DNA of 24,805 bases from positions 1-24,805 of the forward strand of contig JBEKDF010000040.1 in assembly GCA_050014495.1 (NCBI GenBank). The letters run 5' to 3'. Positions 16,799 to 24,805 of the stretch are shown here, in pieces. The notes below the pieces were generated by a model. That model had not been told where the DNA came from. It did not search any database and worked only from the letters and a program-made list of their open reading frames with translations. The DNA is from Candidatus Bathyarchaeia archaeon. GTDB taxonomy: Archaea; Thermoproteota; Bathyarchaeia; TCS64. The stretch's first letter is position 1. The number at the start of each line of letters is the position of its first letter. Position numbers and translations under genes: made by a program.

Positions 16799-17077
16799 GT
16801 GGATACTCTCCTTCTCGACGCCGGCAACCTATTCCTATTCCTAAGCGGCTTCCTCATGCTCTACACCGCATATAGGGACAGGAAAATCCTAAGGGGCTAC
16901 AACCTCCCGGGAACAATCCTAATCGTCCTCGCCATAGGACTCGCCCTCGCCTACTACGCTCAGCAGGGCTACTGGCTCAGCTTCGCCCTAACTCTACCGA
17001 ACTACACCTACTGGCTAATCGTCTGCACATCGATTATAAAACGGAGGTTCAGTCCCACACCCGCTCTAGAAGCCTGA
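16799..17077 (+). CDS. Small three-TM membrane protein
   Basis: Likely start GTG 16799 (track start 16715); three hydrophobic helices; possibly PQ-loop/SemiSWEET-like by size only. Confidence 0.6.
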   Translation: MDTLLLDAGNLFLFLSGFLMLYTAYRDRKILRGYNLPGTILIVLAIGLALAYYAQQGYWLSFALTLPNYTYWLIVCTSIIKRRFSPTPALEA

Positions 17078-18278
17078 ATGCGTTCCCACCCATCACCTTA
17101 CCAATCTCCCCATCACTGAAACCATTCGCCACCATCCATCGAGCGATGTTTGTAAACTCCGAAGGGTTCTCCAACCCCCTGACGTAACCTGGGTCAACCT
17201 CTCCCTTAGGCACCGGGAATTCCCCAACTTCGCTTGCCCCTGGTCGCTTGTAATGACCCATACGCCTTGGGAGCCACACACTGTAGAGCGCCTGATGATC
17301 ACCATACAGTGAGTCGGGACCGCAACCGACGTGGTTAACCCCCATCACGTCAATACAATAGGAAAGGCACTCTCCATAACTGTCGATGCTCCCGATCGGA
17401 TGCTTACGCGTCCTCAGACCCCTTCCCGCCCCACCGATGCCGAGCAGACCGTCGCTCTCCGCCAAAGCATGCAGGAACTCGTCACCGTTCGTATGCCCCT
17501 GAGCAATCGCCCCTGGACCACTATGGCTGTTATAGATAGGGTCTTTCGACGCTTCGATCGTCTCAAGTGCGGTCTGGTCATTCGTGTGACCAACATCGAC
17601 CAGCATTCCAACCTTATTCATCCTTCTCACAGCGTCATAGCCAAAGTCCGTCAGCCCAGAGTCGAGCCTTGTTTCACCCATGCCTCCCCCGAGCATGTTC
17701 GATTCTGAGTAGCAGATGCCCATGCTCCTGACACCCAAGCCATAGAGAACATCCACTCGATCTACTTCATTCTCGATCGGAGTTGCTGACTCGAGGCAGA
17801 GGACTAGCGCTATCTTCCCATCTCCATGTGCCTCATTTATATCACCAACGCCCCTGCAGTGTGTAACTGTCCTCTGATGAGCGAGATCACAGAGCCTGAT
17901 ACCGATATCATGAACAACATCGTTCCACTTCCACCCGCTAAAGCTAGTTATGTAGCTCATCCCGTCCATCATATGATCGAAGACACAATCCACACCCGCC
18001 TTCGCGAGATCCTCGTATGCGGTGAACTGCCTCCCCAGCCCGTTGACCTCAGACAGCTGAGTCATGTTCTCAGGATAAAGAACCGGGTGTTCATGCAAGT
18101 CGACGATCGTGTTGGCCTCAATGAGTCTCTCGAACCTCTCCTCGTCTATCCTCGAAAGGGGAATCCGGTATTCAGGTACTCTCCCTACACCCTTTGTTAG
18201 ATTGAATACCCTGAAGTCAAAACCAGCTTCAAGGTAACTATACGCTCTATAACCATCCCATTCCTTAGCCCCACCCAA
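17049..18278 (-). CDS. Membrane dipeptidase family (peptidase M19)
   Basis: DLHEH, LES, GLTDFG..VRRMNKVGMLVDVGH, SHSG, HVGCGPD, KVMGGNAFRL. Confidence 0.9.
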   Translation of the reverse strand: MGGAKEWDGYRAYSYLEAGFDFRVFNLTKGVGRVPEYRIPLSRIDEERFERLIEANTIVDLHEHPVLYPENMTQLSEVNGLGRQFTAYEDLAKAGVDCVFDHMMDGMSYITSFSGWKWNDVVHDIGIRLCDLAHQRTVTHCRGVGDINEAHGDGKIALVLCLESATPIENEVDRVDVLYGLGVRSMGICYSESNMLGGGMGETRLDSGLTDFGYDAVRRMNKVGMLVDVGHTNDQTALETIEASKDPIYNSHSGPGAIAQGHTNGDEFLHALAESDGLLGIGGAGRGLRTRKHPIGSIDSYGECLSYCIDVMGVNHVGCGPDSLYGDHQALYSVWLPRRMGHYKRPGASEVGEFPVPKGEVDPGYVRGLENPSEFTNIARWMVANGFSDGEIGKVMGGNAFRLLERVWD

Positions 18279-18381
18279 AATAGATCACTACAAAATTCAC
18301 TTAACTAATAAAAGACGATTCCGAGGCCAATTACAATTTATATCCCTCGCAGAAAGCAAAGTAGTATAGGAGAATTCTCAG

Positions 18382-18666
18382 TTGCCCATTACAAAGGTCG
18401 ACGGAAACAGGAAGGAACACAAGGTATTCCTATATACCCTTAGCACCTGTGGCTGGTGCAAGAAAACGAAGGAGCTACTTAAGCAGAAGGGTGTAGCATA
18501 CGAGTACCTCGATGTAGATAACATTAAGGCTGAAGAGCGCAAGGCCGCTATAGAGGACATCCAAAAACGTAACGCTCCTCTCGGCTTCCCAATCGTCATA
18601 ATAGATGATACTAAACTCATCAGTGGATACCAACCCGACGAGATAATAGGGGCTCTAGGACTTTGA
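18382..18666 (+). CDS. Glutaredoxin (NrdH/methanoredoxin-like)
   Basis: LYTLSTCGWCKKTK, GFPIVII, ISGY. Confidence 0.9.
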   Translation: MPITKVDGNRKEHKVFLYTLSTCGWCKKTKELLKQKGVAYEYLDVDNIKAEERKAAIEDIQKRNAPLGFPIVIIDDTKLISGYQPDEIIGALGL

Positions 18667-19193
18667 GTATAACTTTAGATAAAGTGAGGCAGCGAGCCGA
18701 GGCCGATGCAAAGATGCATGGCTACTACCTAACGCCTGACCCAAAGTTTCTCCAGGACCTTCTGGAGGGCCTTAAGACGAACGAGCAACGTTATGGTTAT
18801 CCATCCTGCCCTTGTAGGCCCGCGACTGGCGTCTTCGAGCAAGACAGGGACATTATGTGCCCATGTGACTATCGCGATCCAGATGTCGCCGAATTTGGAG
18901 CTTGTTACTGTAGCCTTTACGTTAACAAAGAGATCTATGATACAGGTAAACCTACACCCATACCGGAACGTAGGCCACCGGAGAAGATGTTTCCAGAGTT
19001 GGCGGCAAAGCCCTTAATCGAACAAAAAGCCACCTCAGCAGCAATCCAAATGAACGAAAAAAAACTATGGTATTGCAAGCAGTGTGGTTACGTTGTATTC
19101 CGCGAGGAACCTCCTTACATCTGCCCCATTTGTAGGGCGAAAAAGGAATTTTTTACATTAATCAAGCTGGATGTTATTCAGAAAACAGGTTAG
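18663..19193 (+). CDS. Ferredoxin:thioredoxin reductase catalytic subunit with C-terminal rubredoxin-like domain
   Basis: YGYPSCPCR, CPC, CYC; C-terminal WYCKQCGY..P..CPIC; 4-nt overlap with the glutaredoxin gene. Confidence 0.92.
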   Translation: MSITLDKVRQRAEADAKMHGYYLTPDPKFLQDLLEGLKTNEQRYGYPSCPCRPATGVFEQDRDIMCPCDYRDPDVAEFGACYCSLYVNKEIYDTGKPTPIPERRPPEKMFPELAAKPLIEQKATSAAIQMNEKKLWYCKQCGYVVFREEPPYICPICRAKKEFFTLIKLDVIQKTG

Positions 19194-19251
19194 TTCACAT
19201 ACACAGGGCTAGATTAATTTTTGTTAAGGTCAATTCACTTGCGTCAGTGGT

Positions 19252-19695
19252 TCAGCGTGGCTTCCAACGGTCGATCTCAATCTTTATCGAGTTGAGGCTA
19301 AGTTGGATGTCCCAAACGAAGAGCACAAGTGAAATAACGAGAGCAAAGAGACTCGCAGAGAACTGAATCTCGATGATCTCCTCAAGCCCCGCCCCAAATG
19401 TAACCGTAATAAATATTGAAAAAATGATTGTGGCTACAAAGAAGATACTCAGAACCGAGAATGTAACTGCAGCTTGGAGCAGCCTCGCCCTCTTGTAAAG
19501 GATGTCGATCTCCTCAAGCAACACCACTTTTTGCATTCCGTCCACTTGCTTGATCTCACCAGTTAGCGCCCGAATCCTATCGATGGGGCGACCAAGCCTA
19601 TTCGTCATGGATAAGACCAGGAGCCCGACTCCACTGATCAAGACACAGGGAGCAAGCGACGTCTGTAATACAATCAGAAGATCGGAGATGTTCAC
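19252..19695 (-). CDS. DUF2721-like membrane protein
   Basis: LQTSLAPCVLISGVGLLVLSMTNRLGRPIDRIR, RARLLQAA, three TM segments. Confidence 0.8.
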   Translation of the reverse strand: MNISDLLIVLQTSLAPCVLISGVGLLVLSMTNRLGRPIDRIRALTGEIKQVDGMQKVVLLEEIDILYKRARLLQAAVTFSVLSIFFVATIIFSIFITVTFGAGLEEIIEIQFSASLFALVISLVLFVWDIQLSLNSIKIEIDRWKPR

Positions 19696-19923
19696 GCTTC
19701 ACAAGGTGGAAAAGTGGGTGATATAAACTTGTTTCAAGGAATAGATGAAGTCTATAAGACTCAGAACATAAACGTGTAAGATGATTATTTACGAATTGAT
19801 CTAAATCAGTAAAAACCTATAAATCAAATGTTATTCTCATGAAACGAATTTAACTTAAGCTGAAACATTTAGATCTATTTAAACTATTTATATACTTGAA
19901 TGTACCCTTTATAAGGTAACGCC

Positions 19924-20250
19924 ATGAGGTTCGTCCAACTTCGGTCCCTAAGGGACCTTATAATGCTCGTCGCATCTTCCCCCTCTAGCGGGGTAATCCA
20001 GCACCTAGTCAACGGTTCTTCACATCTCTACTTCCTGGTGGGAGGGACGTTACATGAGATGTTCCTTTATTTCGTCAAGGAGAAGGATCAAATCAGTGGT
20101 AATTTCATTACTTACAACAGTTATAGTGGAGAAATCGGTACGTCAGAAAAGGTGCAACATGAGCCAAATGTAAGCAGTTTCCCCGTTGTAGAGATAATAA
20201 ATCAGGATCTGCTTCCAGCGGATCTATTGAGTAGACTGGATGGCCTCTAG
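19924..20250 (+). CDS. Conserved hypothetical protein (crenarchaeal-type)
   Basis: 108 aa, first gene of the TBP cluster; VQLRSLRDL...PVVEI pattern recalled from TACK hypothetical proteins. Confidence 0.7.
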   Translation: MRFVQLRSLRDLIMLVASSPSSGVIQHLVNGSSHLYFLVGGTLHEMFLYFVKEKDQISGNFITYNSYSGEIGTSEKVQHEPNVSSFPVVEIINQDLLPADLLSRLDGL

Positions 20251-20256
20251 CCATGG

Positions 20257-20877
20257 ATGTTTGGTGAAGATCAATTGGCTGAGAAAGAACAGTTAGCTGT
20301 GAAAGAGCAATCAGCTCTGAAGAAAGACCTACACATAAGCATTGAGAATGTAGTCGCCTCAGCGACCCTCGACCAGAAGATCGACCTGCTCGCAATAATG
20401 AAGGTTTTTCGTAACGTCGAGTACCGTCCCAAGCAGTTCCCTGGCCTAGTCTTTAGGTTGAAGAGGCCGAAGACCGCGACGCTAATTTTCGGCTCAGGGA
20501 AGATGGTGTGCACAGGCGCTAAGTCGGAGAAGCAGGCGCGAAGCGCTGTGAAGAAGGTCGTTAGAGAGCTGAAGACCAATGGAATAATAATCCTTGGTAA
20601 GCCAAAGATCGTTATACAGAATATAGTCGCGTCGGCGAATCTTCATGGGAAGATAGACCTCGAGACCGCGGCCGACATCATGGACAACGTCATGTATGAG
20701 CCTGAGCAGTTCCCCGGTCTCATCTTTAGGATGGGTGACCCGAAGGTCGTCATGCTCCTCTTCGCAAGTGGCAAGCTCGTATGCACGGGGGCGAAGCATG
20801 AGGACATGGTACGAGAGGCAGTTGAGAAACTACACGGCATCCTAGAGGACTACGATCTCATATACTACGAGGAATAG
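20257..20877 (+). CDS. tbp: TATA-box binding protein
   Basis: Two repeats: IENVVAS..YRPKQFPGLVFR..LIFGSGKMVCTGAK and IQNIVAS..YEPEQFPGLIFR..LLFASGKLVCTGAK; alternative start TTG 20275. Confidence 0.98.
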   Translation: MFGEDQLAEKEQLAVKEQSALKKDLHISIENVVASATLDQKIDLLAIMKVFRNVEYRPKQFPGLVFRLKRPKTATLIFGSGKMVCTGAKSEKQARSAVKKVVRELKTNGIIILGKPKIVIQNIVASANLHGKIDLETAADIMDNVMYEPEQFPGLIFRMGDPKVVMLLFASGKLVCTGAKHEDMVREAVEKLHGILEDYDLIYYEE

Positions 20878-20893
20878 TCGGGAGGACCCCCGC

Positions 20894-21247
20894 GTGTCCC
20901 ATAAGAACAGCCTTGAACAGCGTGCTCTAAAGATTATCTTTGAAGCAGGGGAAGATGGTATAATGCAGAGCGATCTCTGGAAGGGACTCGGCGTAAGCAG
21001 TAGGGAGGGATCGAGGCTCGCCCTCCGCTTTGAAGAGAAAGGTTCAGTAGAGAGACGTAAGGTATTACACGAAGGAAGGTGGAGCTACAAGCTGTTTAGT
21101 AAGAAAGAGTTGGTCACTATGGACAGTATAGAGGGGTGCCCATGCATGATTTGCGTGGATATCGACAAATGCTTTGAGAGCGGCATCAGAGATCCCGTCA
21201 GCTGCCAAGAATTGACAACCTGGCTCACTCCCCGAAAGGCTGATTAG
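20894..21247 (+). CDS. TFE-beta / RPC34-like protein (winged helix + Fe-S cysteine cluster)
   Basis: GIMQSDLWK.LG.SSREGSR winged helix; C-terminal PCMIC-x5-C-x7-PVSC..LTTW. Confidence 0.85.
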   Translation: MSHKNSLEQRALKIIFEAGEDGIMQSDLWKGLGVSSREGSRLALRFEEKGSVERRKVLHEGRWSYKLFSKKELVTMDSIEGCPCMICVDIDKCFESGIRDPVSCQELTTWLTPRKAD

Positions 21248-21257
21248 CAAGCCCCCC

Positions 21258-22358
21258 ATGGGGCTATCTAAGTTGGACCAGAGGGTTAAGGAGATTATAA
21301 AATACGGCGTTGCCTTCGCCGTATTACTAATCGCTTTCTTCGGCGGTACCTACATCCTCAGGGGAGTACTCGGAACAGAGTACCCAATGATGGTGGTGGT
21401 CAGCCAGAGCATGGTTCCTACCCTAGGGGTTGGTGACTATATTCTCGTGGCAAAGATACCGAATGTGAACCAGATCACGGCTGCTCCTCCTCCAGATGGG
21501 GAAATTATCGTCTTTTTGAAACCGGGAAGTAATGATGAATACATCGTACATAGAGCGATCAGTAGAATCGACTCGAATGGCTCTGTCAGTTACGTAACAA
21601 AGGGGGATAACAACTTCTCCGCAGATGGAACACCTGTGCCCTCCACGAATGTTATGGGTGAGGTGGTTGGTCATATTCCAATGATTGGGTACTTCAGTCT
21701 CTTCATTAAGACAATGAGGGGCTTCTCATTAGTCATTGGATTCATGGCGCTTGCCTTCTTCATTGATTATATCATGCCGGCGAAGAGGCCAGCGGTTGGC
21801 AAATTCCCGGTTTTATCCCTTGCGCCCCTGTTAGTGGGTCCAGTGATCGTGGCCAGCTTGTGGTTTATCCAGAGTAACACTGCGCACCTAGCCCTCGACA
21901 GCCTCTCGATAGCCACCTGGTATTTGGCATGTTTATTGATTCCCCTAGCATTCCACGATGACGATACGGGGGTCATGGTCTGGCTCTATGACTTGGTTTT
22001 AATCATGATCCCCATCGCATGCGACGTGACGTGGTGGACGGATTACATCACACCTAGCAATTGGTGGTATAGTACGGGGAGCACTGTACCAATTAACTGG
22101 TTCCTGATGCAGGAGCAACCTGCATTCGATGTAGTCTTCAACTCTATTCTGAGGTCACTTTTGCCAGGTGTAGTGATCTTCATAGTCATTATGTATGCAA
22201 AACGGAAGGGTTGGGAACCCTTCGATTCATGGCATAGGAAACTGAGGAATGCTCCACCCGAAGCGCCACCAGTAGATATTGATACCCTCGCCCAGGAGCC
22301 AGTACCATCGACGATTACCCCAGACGCAACTGATGAGCATGAGCCTCCAAATATGTAG
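21258..22358 (+). CDS. Signal peptidase I (Sec11/S26B type) with extended C-terminal membrane domain
   Basis: SQSMVPTL (Ser), GD, IVHRA (His), TKGDNN, then several extra TM helices and a Pro/acidic tail. Confidence 0.9.
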   Translation: MGLSKLDQRVKEIIKYGVAFAVLLIAFFGGTYILRGVLGTEYPMMVVVSQSMVPTLGVGDYILVAKIPNVNQITAAPPPDGEIIVFLKPGSNDEYIVHRAISRIDSNGSVSYVTKGDNNFSADGTPVPSTNVMGEVVGHIPMIGYFSLFIKTMRGFSLVIGFMALAFFIDYIMPAKRPAVGKFPVLSLAPLLVGPVIVASLWFIQSNTAHLALDSLSIATWYLACLLIPLAFHDDDTGVMVWLYDLVLIMIPIACDVTWWTDYITPSNWWYSTGSTVPINWFLMQEQPAFDVVFNSILRSLLPGVVIFIVIMYAKRKGWEPFDSWHRKLRNAPPEAPPVDIDTLAQEPVPSTITPDATDEHEPPNM

Positions 22359-22601
22359 GGTCATTGAAAATTTCAACATAGTAGCTTGAGTATGTCAGCC
22401 CTTATGATTATCCCTTTTGCGCACGCATCGACGAAGCTAAGAAGAAATTTAAGGAATAGGAGCTGTCGAGTACAAAGATTTGATTTTGTTATTTTGACCC
22501 AGTCTCGCATACTCAGTAAACACATCAATATTTCAAAAAGGCATCGAAAAACTAGCAGTAAGGGCTATAACGTTGACCCATTTCATCTATCCTGATCCAA
22601 C

Positions 22602-23633
22602 TTGGAGAATGTAAAGGTCGTTTCTTATGGTATAGGCGTTATCGGTCAAAAGCTGGCGACACACCTCTTGGAGAAGGAGGGTGTGGAGATCGTTGGCGCT
22701 ATCGACATTAACCCCAAGATTGTAGGCAAAGATCTCGGCGAGGTCATGGGGAGGAAAAAGCTCGGCGTCAAGATCAGCGACGATGTCGATATGGTCCTCG
22801 AGGCGACTAAGCCAGATATTGTCACCCATACGACTATGAGTTATCTGAAGCAGACCTACACTCAGTTTGAGGGTATACTAAAGCATGACGTGGACGTCGT
22901 TTCTACCTGCGAGGAGTTGAGCTACCCCTACGCGACTCTAGAGGGAAAGAAGTACGCTGAGAAGCTTGACAAGGTGGCTAAGAAGGGTAAATCGACTATC
23001 CTCGGGACAGGAGTCAATCCGGGTTTCGTGATGGATACTCTTCCAACGTTCCTCACAGCTGTTTGCCAAAAGGTGGATGATATCTACATTGCACGCCAAA
23101 TGGACGCAGCTACTCGTCGTATACCCTTCCAGACAAAGATTGGCGCAGGCCTCAAGGTGGATGACTTCAAGAATAAGATCGCGAGCCATGAGATCACAGG
23201 CCACGTTGGCCTCGAACAAAGCATACAGATGATCGCAGATGCATTGGGTTGGGAGCTAGACGAAATAAAGGTCGAGACCCCTAACCCTGTTGTTCTTAAG
23301 AAGGATGTGGCGAGTGAGGCGATAAAGGTACCCAAAGGCTTCAACGCGGGTTCAATGCAGATGGCTTATGGCATCGTGAAAGGAAAGAAACTGATAACTA
23401 TGGACTTCAAGGCTTACATTGGTGCTCCTGAGGAGTTTGACTCTGTTACGATTAAGGGCGTTCCGCCAATTAACGAGAAAATCAGTCCTTGTACCCATGG
23501 CGACTATGCGACAATCGCGATTACAGCCAATATGATCCCGCTAGTTATTAATGCTGAGCCGGGTTTCAAAACGATGATTGACCTCCCAGTGCCCCATGCC
23601 ACGCCAAAACATATGAGAAAATATATCAAATAA
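22602..23633 (+). CDS. DapB-like / 2,4-diaminopentanoate dehydrogenase (Ord)-like NAD(P)-dependent amine dehydrogenase
   Basis: GIGVIG Rossmann motif, VVSTCEE, GTGVNPGF, GHVGL, GD.AT, A.PG. Confidence 0.85.
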   Translation: MENVKVVSYGIGVIGQKLATHLLEKEGVEIVGAIDINPKIVGKDLGEVMGRKKLGVKISDDVDMVLEATKPDIVTHTTMSYLKQTYTQFEGILKHDVDVVSTCEELSYPYATLEGKKYAEKLDKVAKKGKSTILGTGVNPGFVMDTLPTFLTAVCQKVDDIYIARQMDAATRRIPFQTKIGAGLKVDDFKNKIASHEITGHVGLEQSIQMIADALGWELDEIKVETPNPVVLKKDVASEAIKVPKGFNAGSMQMAYGIVKGKKLITMDFKAYIGAPEEFDSVTIKGVPPINEKISPCTHGDYATIAITANMIPLVINAEPGFKTMIDLPVPHATPKHMRKYIK

Positions 23634-23777
23634 AACTCTCCCCTAGATTCCTCTGAAGGGTTTTTCAGTCCCATTGTTTGAAATAGTGGCTTAACGTTTT
23701 TTCAGCGTCTTCCTGATAAGATCATCGCTGGTGATTCATTAGTGAGGAAGTATTCGAGTAGTGAATTAACAACTTTC

Positions 23778-24587
23778 TTACTCGGTTTTCTCCCATTTGA
23801 AGCGCATATTCGCACTCTTCTTGGTAGCCGCTTCAACGGCGTTCATGAGTGCAGTACGGAGCTTACCGTCTTCTATCTCATAGATGCCGTCGATGGTGGT
23901 TCCACCGGGTGTTGTTACCATCTCTGCTATCTCGGTCGGCTTCATTGTACCATCGAGAACGAGCTTTGCGGCTCCCAGAACGGACTGAGCAGCTCCACGT
24001 AGGCTCAGCTCCCTGGGGAGCCCAACCTTAAGGCCCGCGAACATCATTGCGTCGATGACTATGGCGACGAAGGCTGGGCCACTGCCTGTGAGGCCGGTGA
24101 CAGCATCCATGTACTTCTCTTCTACCTCTGTGCTCGTCCCCATGGTATCTAGCAGTGCTTTCACGATCGTTTTATCTTCTGAACTTACTTTTGGGTCGCA
24201 TGTATAGGCAGTGAAGCTCTCGCCGGCGAGGGCGGCGATGTTGGGCATACTACGGACGTACCTTGCCTCTGGAACGGCGTCGCTGTAGTACTCCAGTGGT
24301 ATGATTGCGGCTGTGCTGATCACAAGTTTACCTGCGATTTCCTTCTCTATTTCCTTCAAGATGAGGGCAACGTCAGTTGGTTTTACGCAGAGGAAGACTA
24401 TGTCAGCCTTTTTTGCTGCCGCCTTGTTGTCTGTTGTGACTTCGGCGCCGAGCTCCTTCAGCTTCTTGAGTGCCTCGAGGCTTCGGCGTGTCGCAATGAC
24501 TTTGCCAACTTCATCGGACTCCTGGAGGCACTTGACTATGGCACCTCCGATGACGCCTGCACCTATTACAGCAACCGTTCCGACCAT
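23778..24587 (-). CDS. proC: Pyrroline-5-carboxylate reductase
   Basis: IGAGVIG, LCVKP, RSMPN, GSGPA, VTTPGGTT. Confidence 0.95.
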   Translation of the reverse strand: MVGTVAVIGAGVIGGAIVKCLQESDEVGKVIATRRSLEALKKLKELGAEVTTDNKAAAKKADIVFLCVKPTDVALILKEIEKEIAGKLVISTAAIIPLEYYSDAVPEARYVRSMPNIAALAGESFTAYTCDPKVSSEDKTIVKALLDTMGTSTEVEEKYMDAVTGLTGSGPAFVAIVIDAMMFAGLKVGLPRELSLRGAAQSVLGAAKLVLDGTMKPTEIAEMVTTPGGTTIDGIYEIEDGKLRTALMNAVEAATKKSANMRFKWEKTE

Positions 24588-24674
24588 TACTAATACGCCA
24601 ACAAACCGTGAACGGAGCTAACTATTAAGAATTGGCTCAATTTATCAAATGTTACGTGAGCGTGCAATGCCAAA

Positions 24675-24701
24675 GGTATTGTCGGTATTGATCACAATAC
24701 C
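24675..24701. promoter_or_regulatory. Candidate operator upstream of proC
   Basis: GGTATTG-ATCA-CAATACC (24684-24701) plus an extra GGTATTG half-site at 24675-24681. Confidence 0.4.
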
Positions 24702-24805
24702 AATCCTGAACCAAATATCTTAGCCATTATCATAATGATGCATTGCCGAGTGCGCGCTGCCTTGTCCCGAAATTACCCCGATATTGGTTTTAAATGGTCT
24801 TAATT

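Noticed and set aside
19704..19727. AGGTGGAAAAGTGGGTGATATAAA as a fourth module copy (also AAGTGAGGTTATG at 4001-4013)
   Set aside because: Needs gaps or several mismatches; explainable as generic purine-rich promoter sequence or chance.
19730..19920. AT-rich intergenic region as replication origin
   Set aside because: No orc1/cdc6 nearby and no ORB-like repeats seen; consistent with divergent promoters.
22386..22595. 69-aa track ORF between the signal peptidase and the dehydrogenase
   Set aside because: TTG start, atypical composition, no motifs; likely intergenic.

Overview
Archaeal chromosomal window; TBP, a TFE-beta/RPC34-like gene, a crenarchaeal-type conserved gene and DUF4760-like paralogs suggest a TACK archaeon, probably Bathyarchaeia (inference). 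The left ~6.5 kb is an accessory, probably integrative island ending at the 3' end of a minus-strand tRNA-Leu(TAG) (6479-6563). It holds a DNA-binding protein plus tyrosine recombinase pair, small hypothetical genes, a decayed double winged-helix gene, a winged-helix/PD-(D/E)XK nuclease broken by one TAG, two DUF4760-like paralogs and a proline-iminopeptidase-like hydrolase that runs off the left edge. The strongest unexplained signal is a ~45-nt non-coding module in front of each DUF4760-like gene. Its 21-nt core recurs exactly, with no gene, at 4254-4274, next to a dif-like 11-6-11 site and a hairpin cluster near the recombinase. This could be a cassette-like capture or shuffling system; simple promoter duplication is the null explanation. 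The right ~18 kb is mostly housekeeping and peptide/amino-acid fermentation: MBL hydrolase, ASTE/ASPA, 4Fe-4S and CGGC proteins, truncated thioredoxin, YbaK, class V PLP enzyme, a 2-oxoacid:ferredoxin oxidoreductase operon with gamma-delta fusion, orphan Dam-type methylase, M19 dipeptidase, glutaredoxin plus FTR-rubredoxin, DUF2721, a TBP/TFE-beta/signal peptidase cluster, an Ord/DapB-like dehydrogenase and ProC. All calls are by eye; no searches were run.
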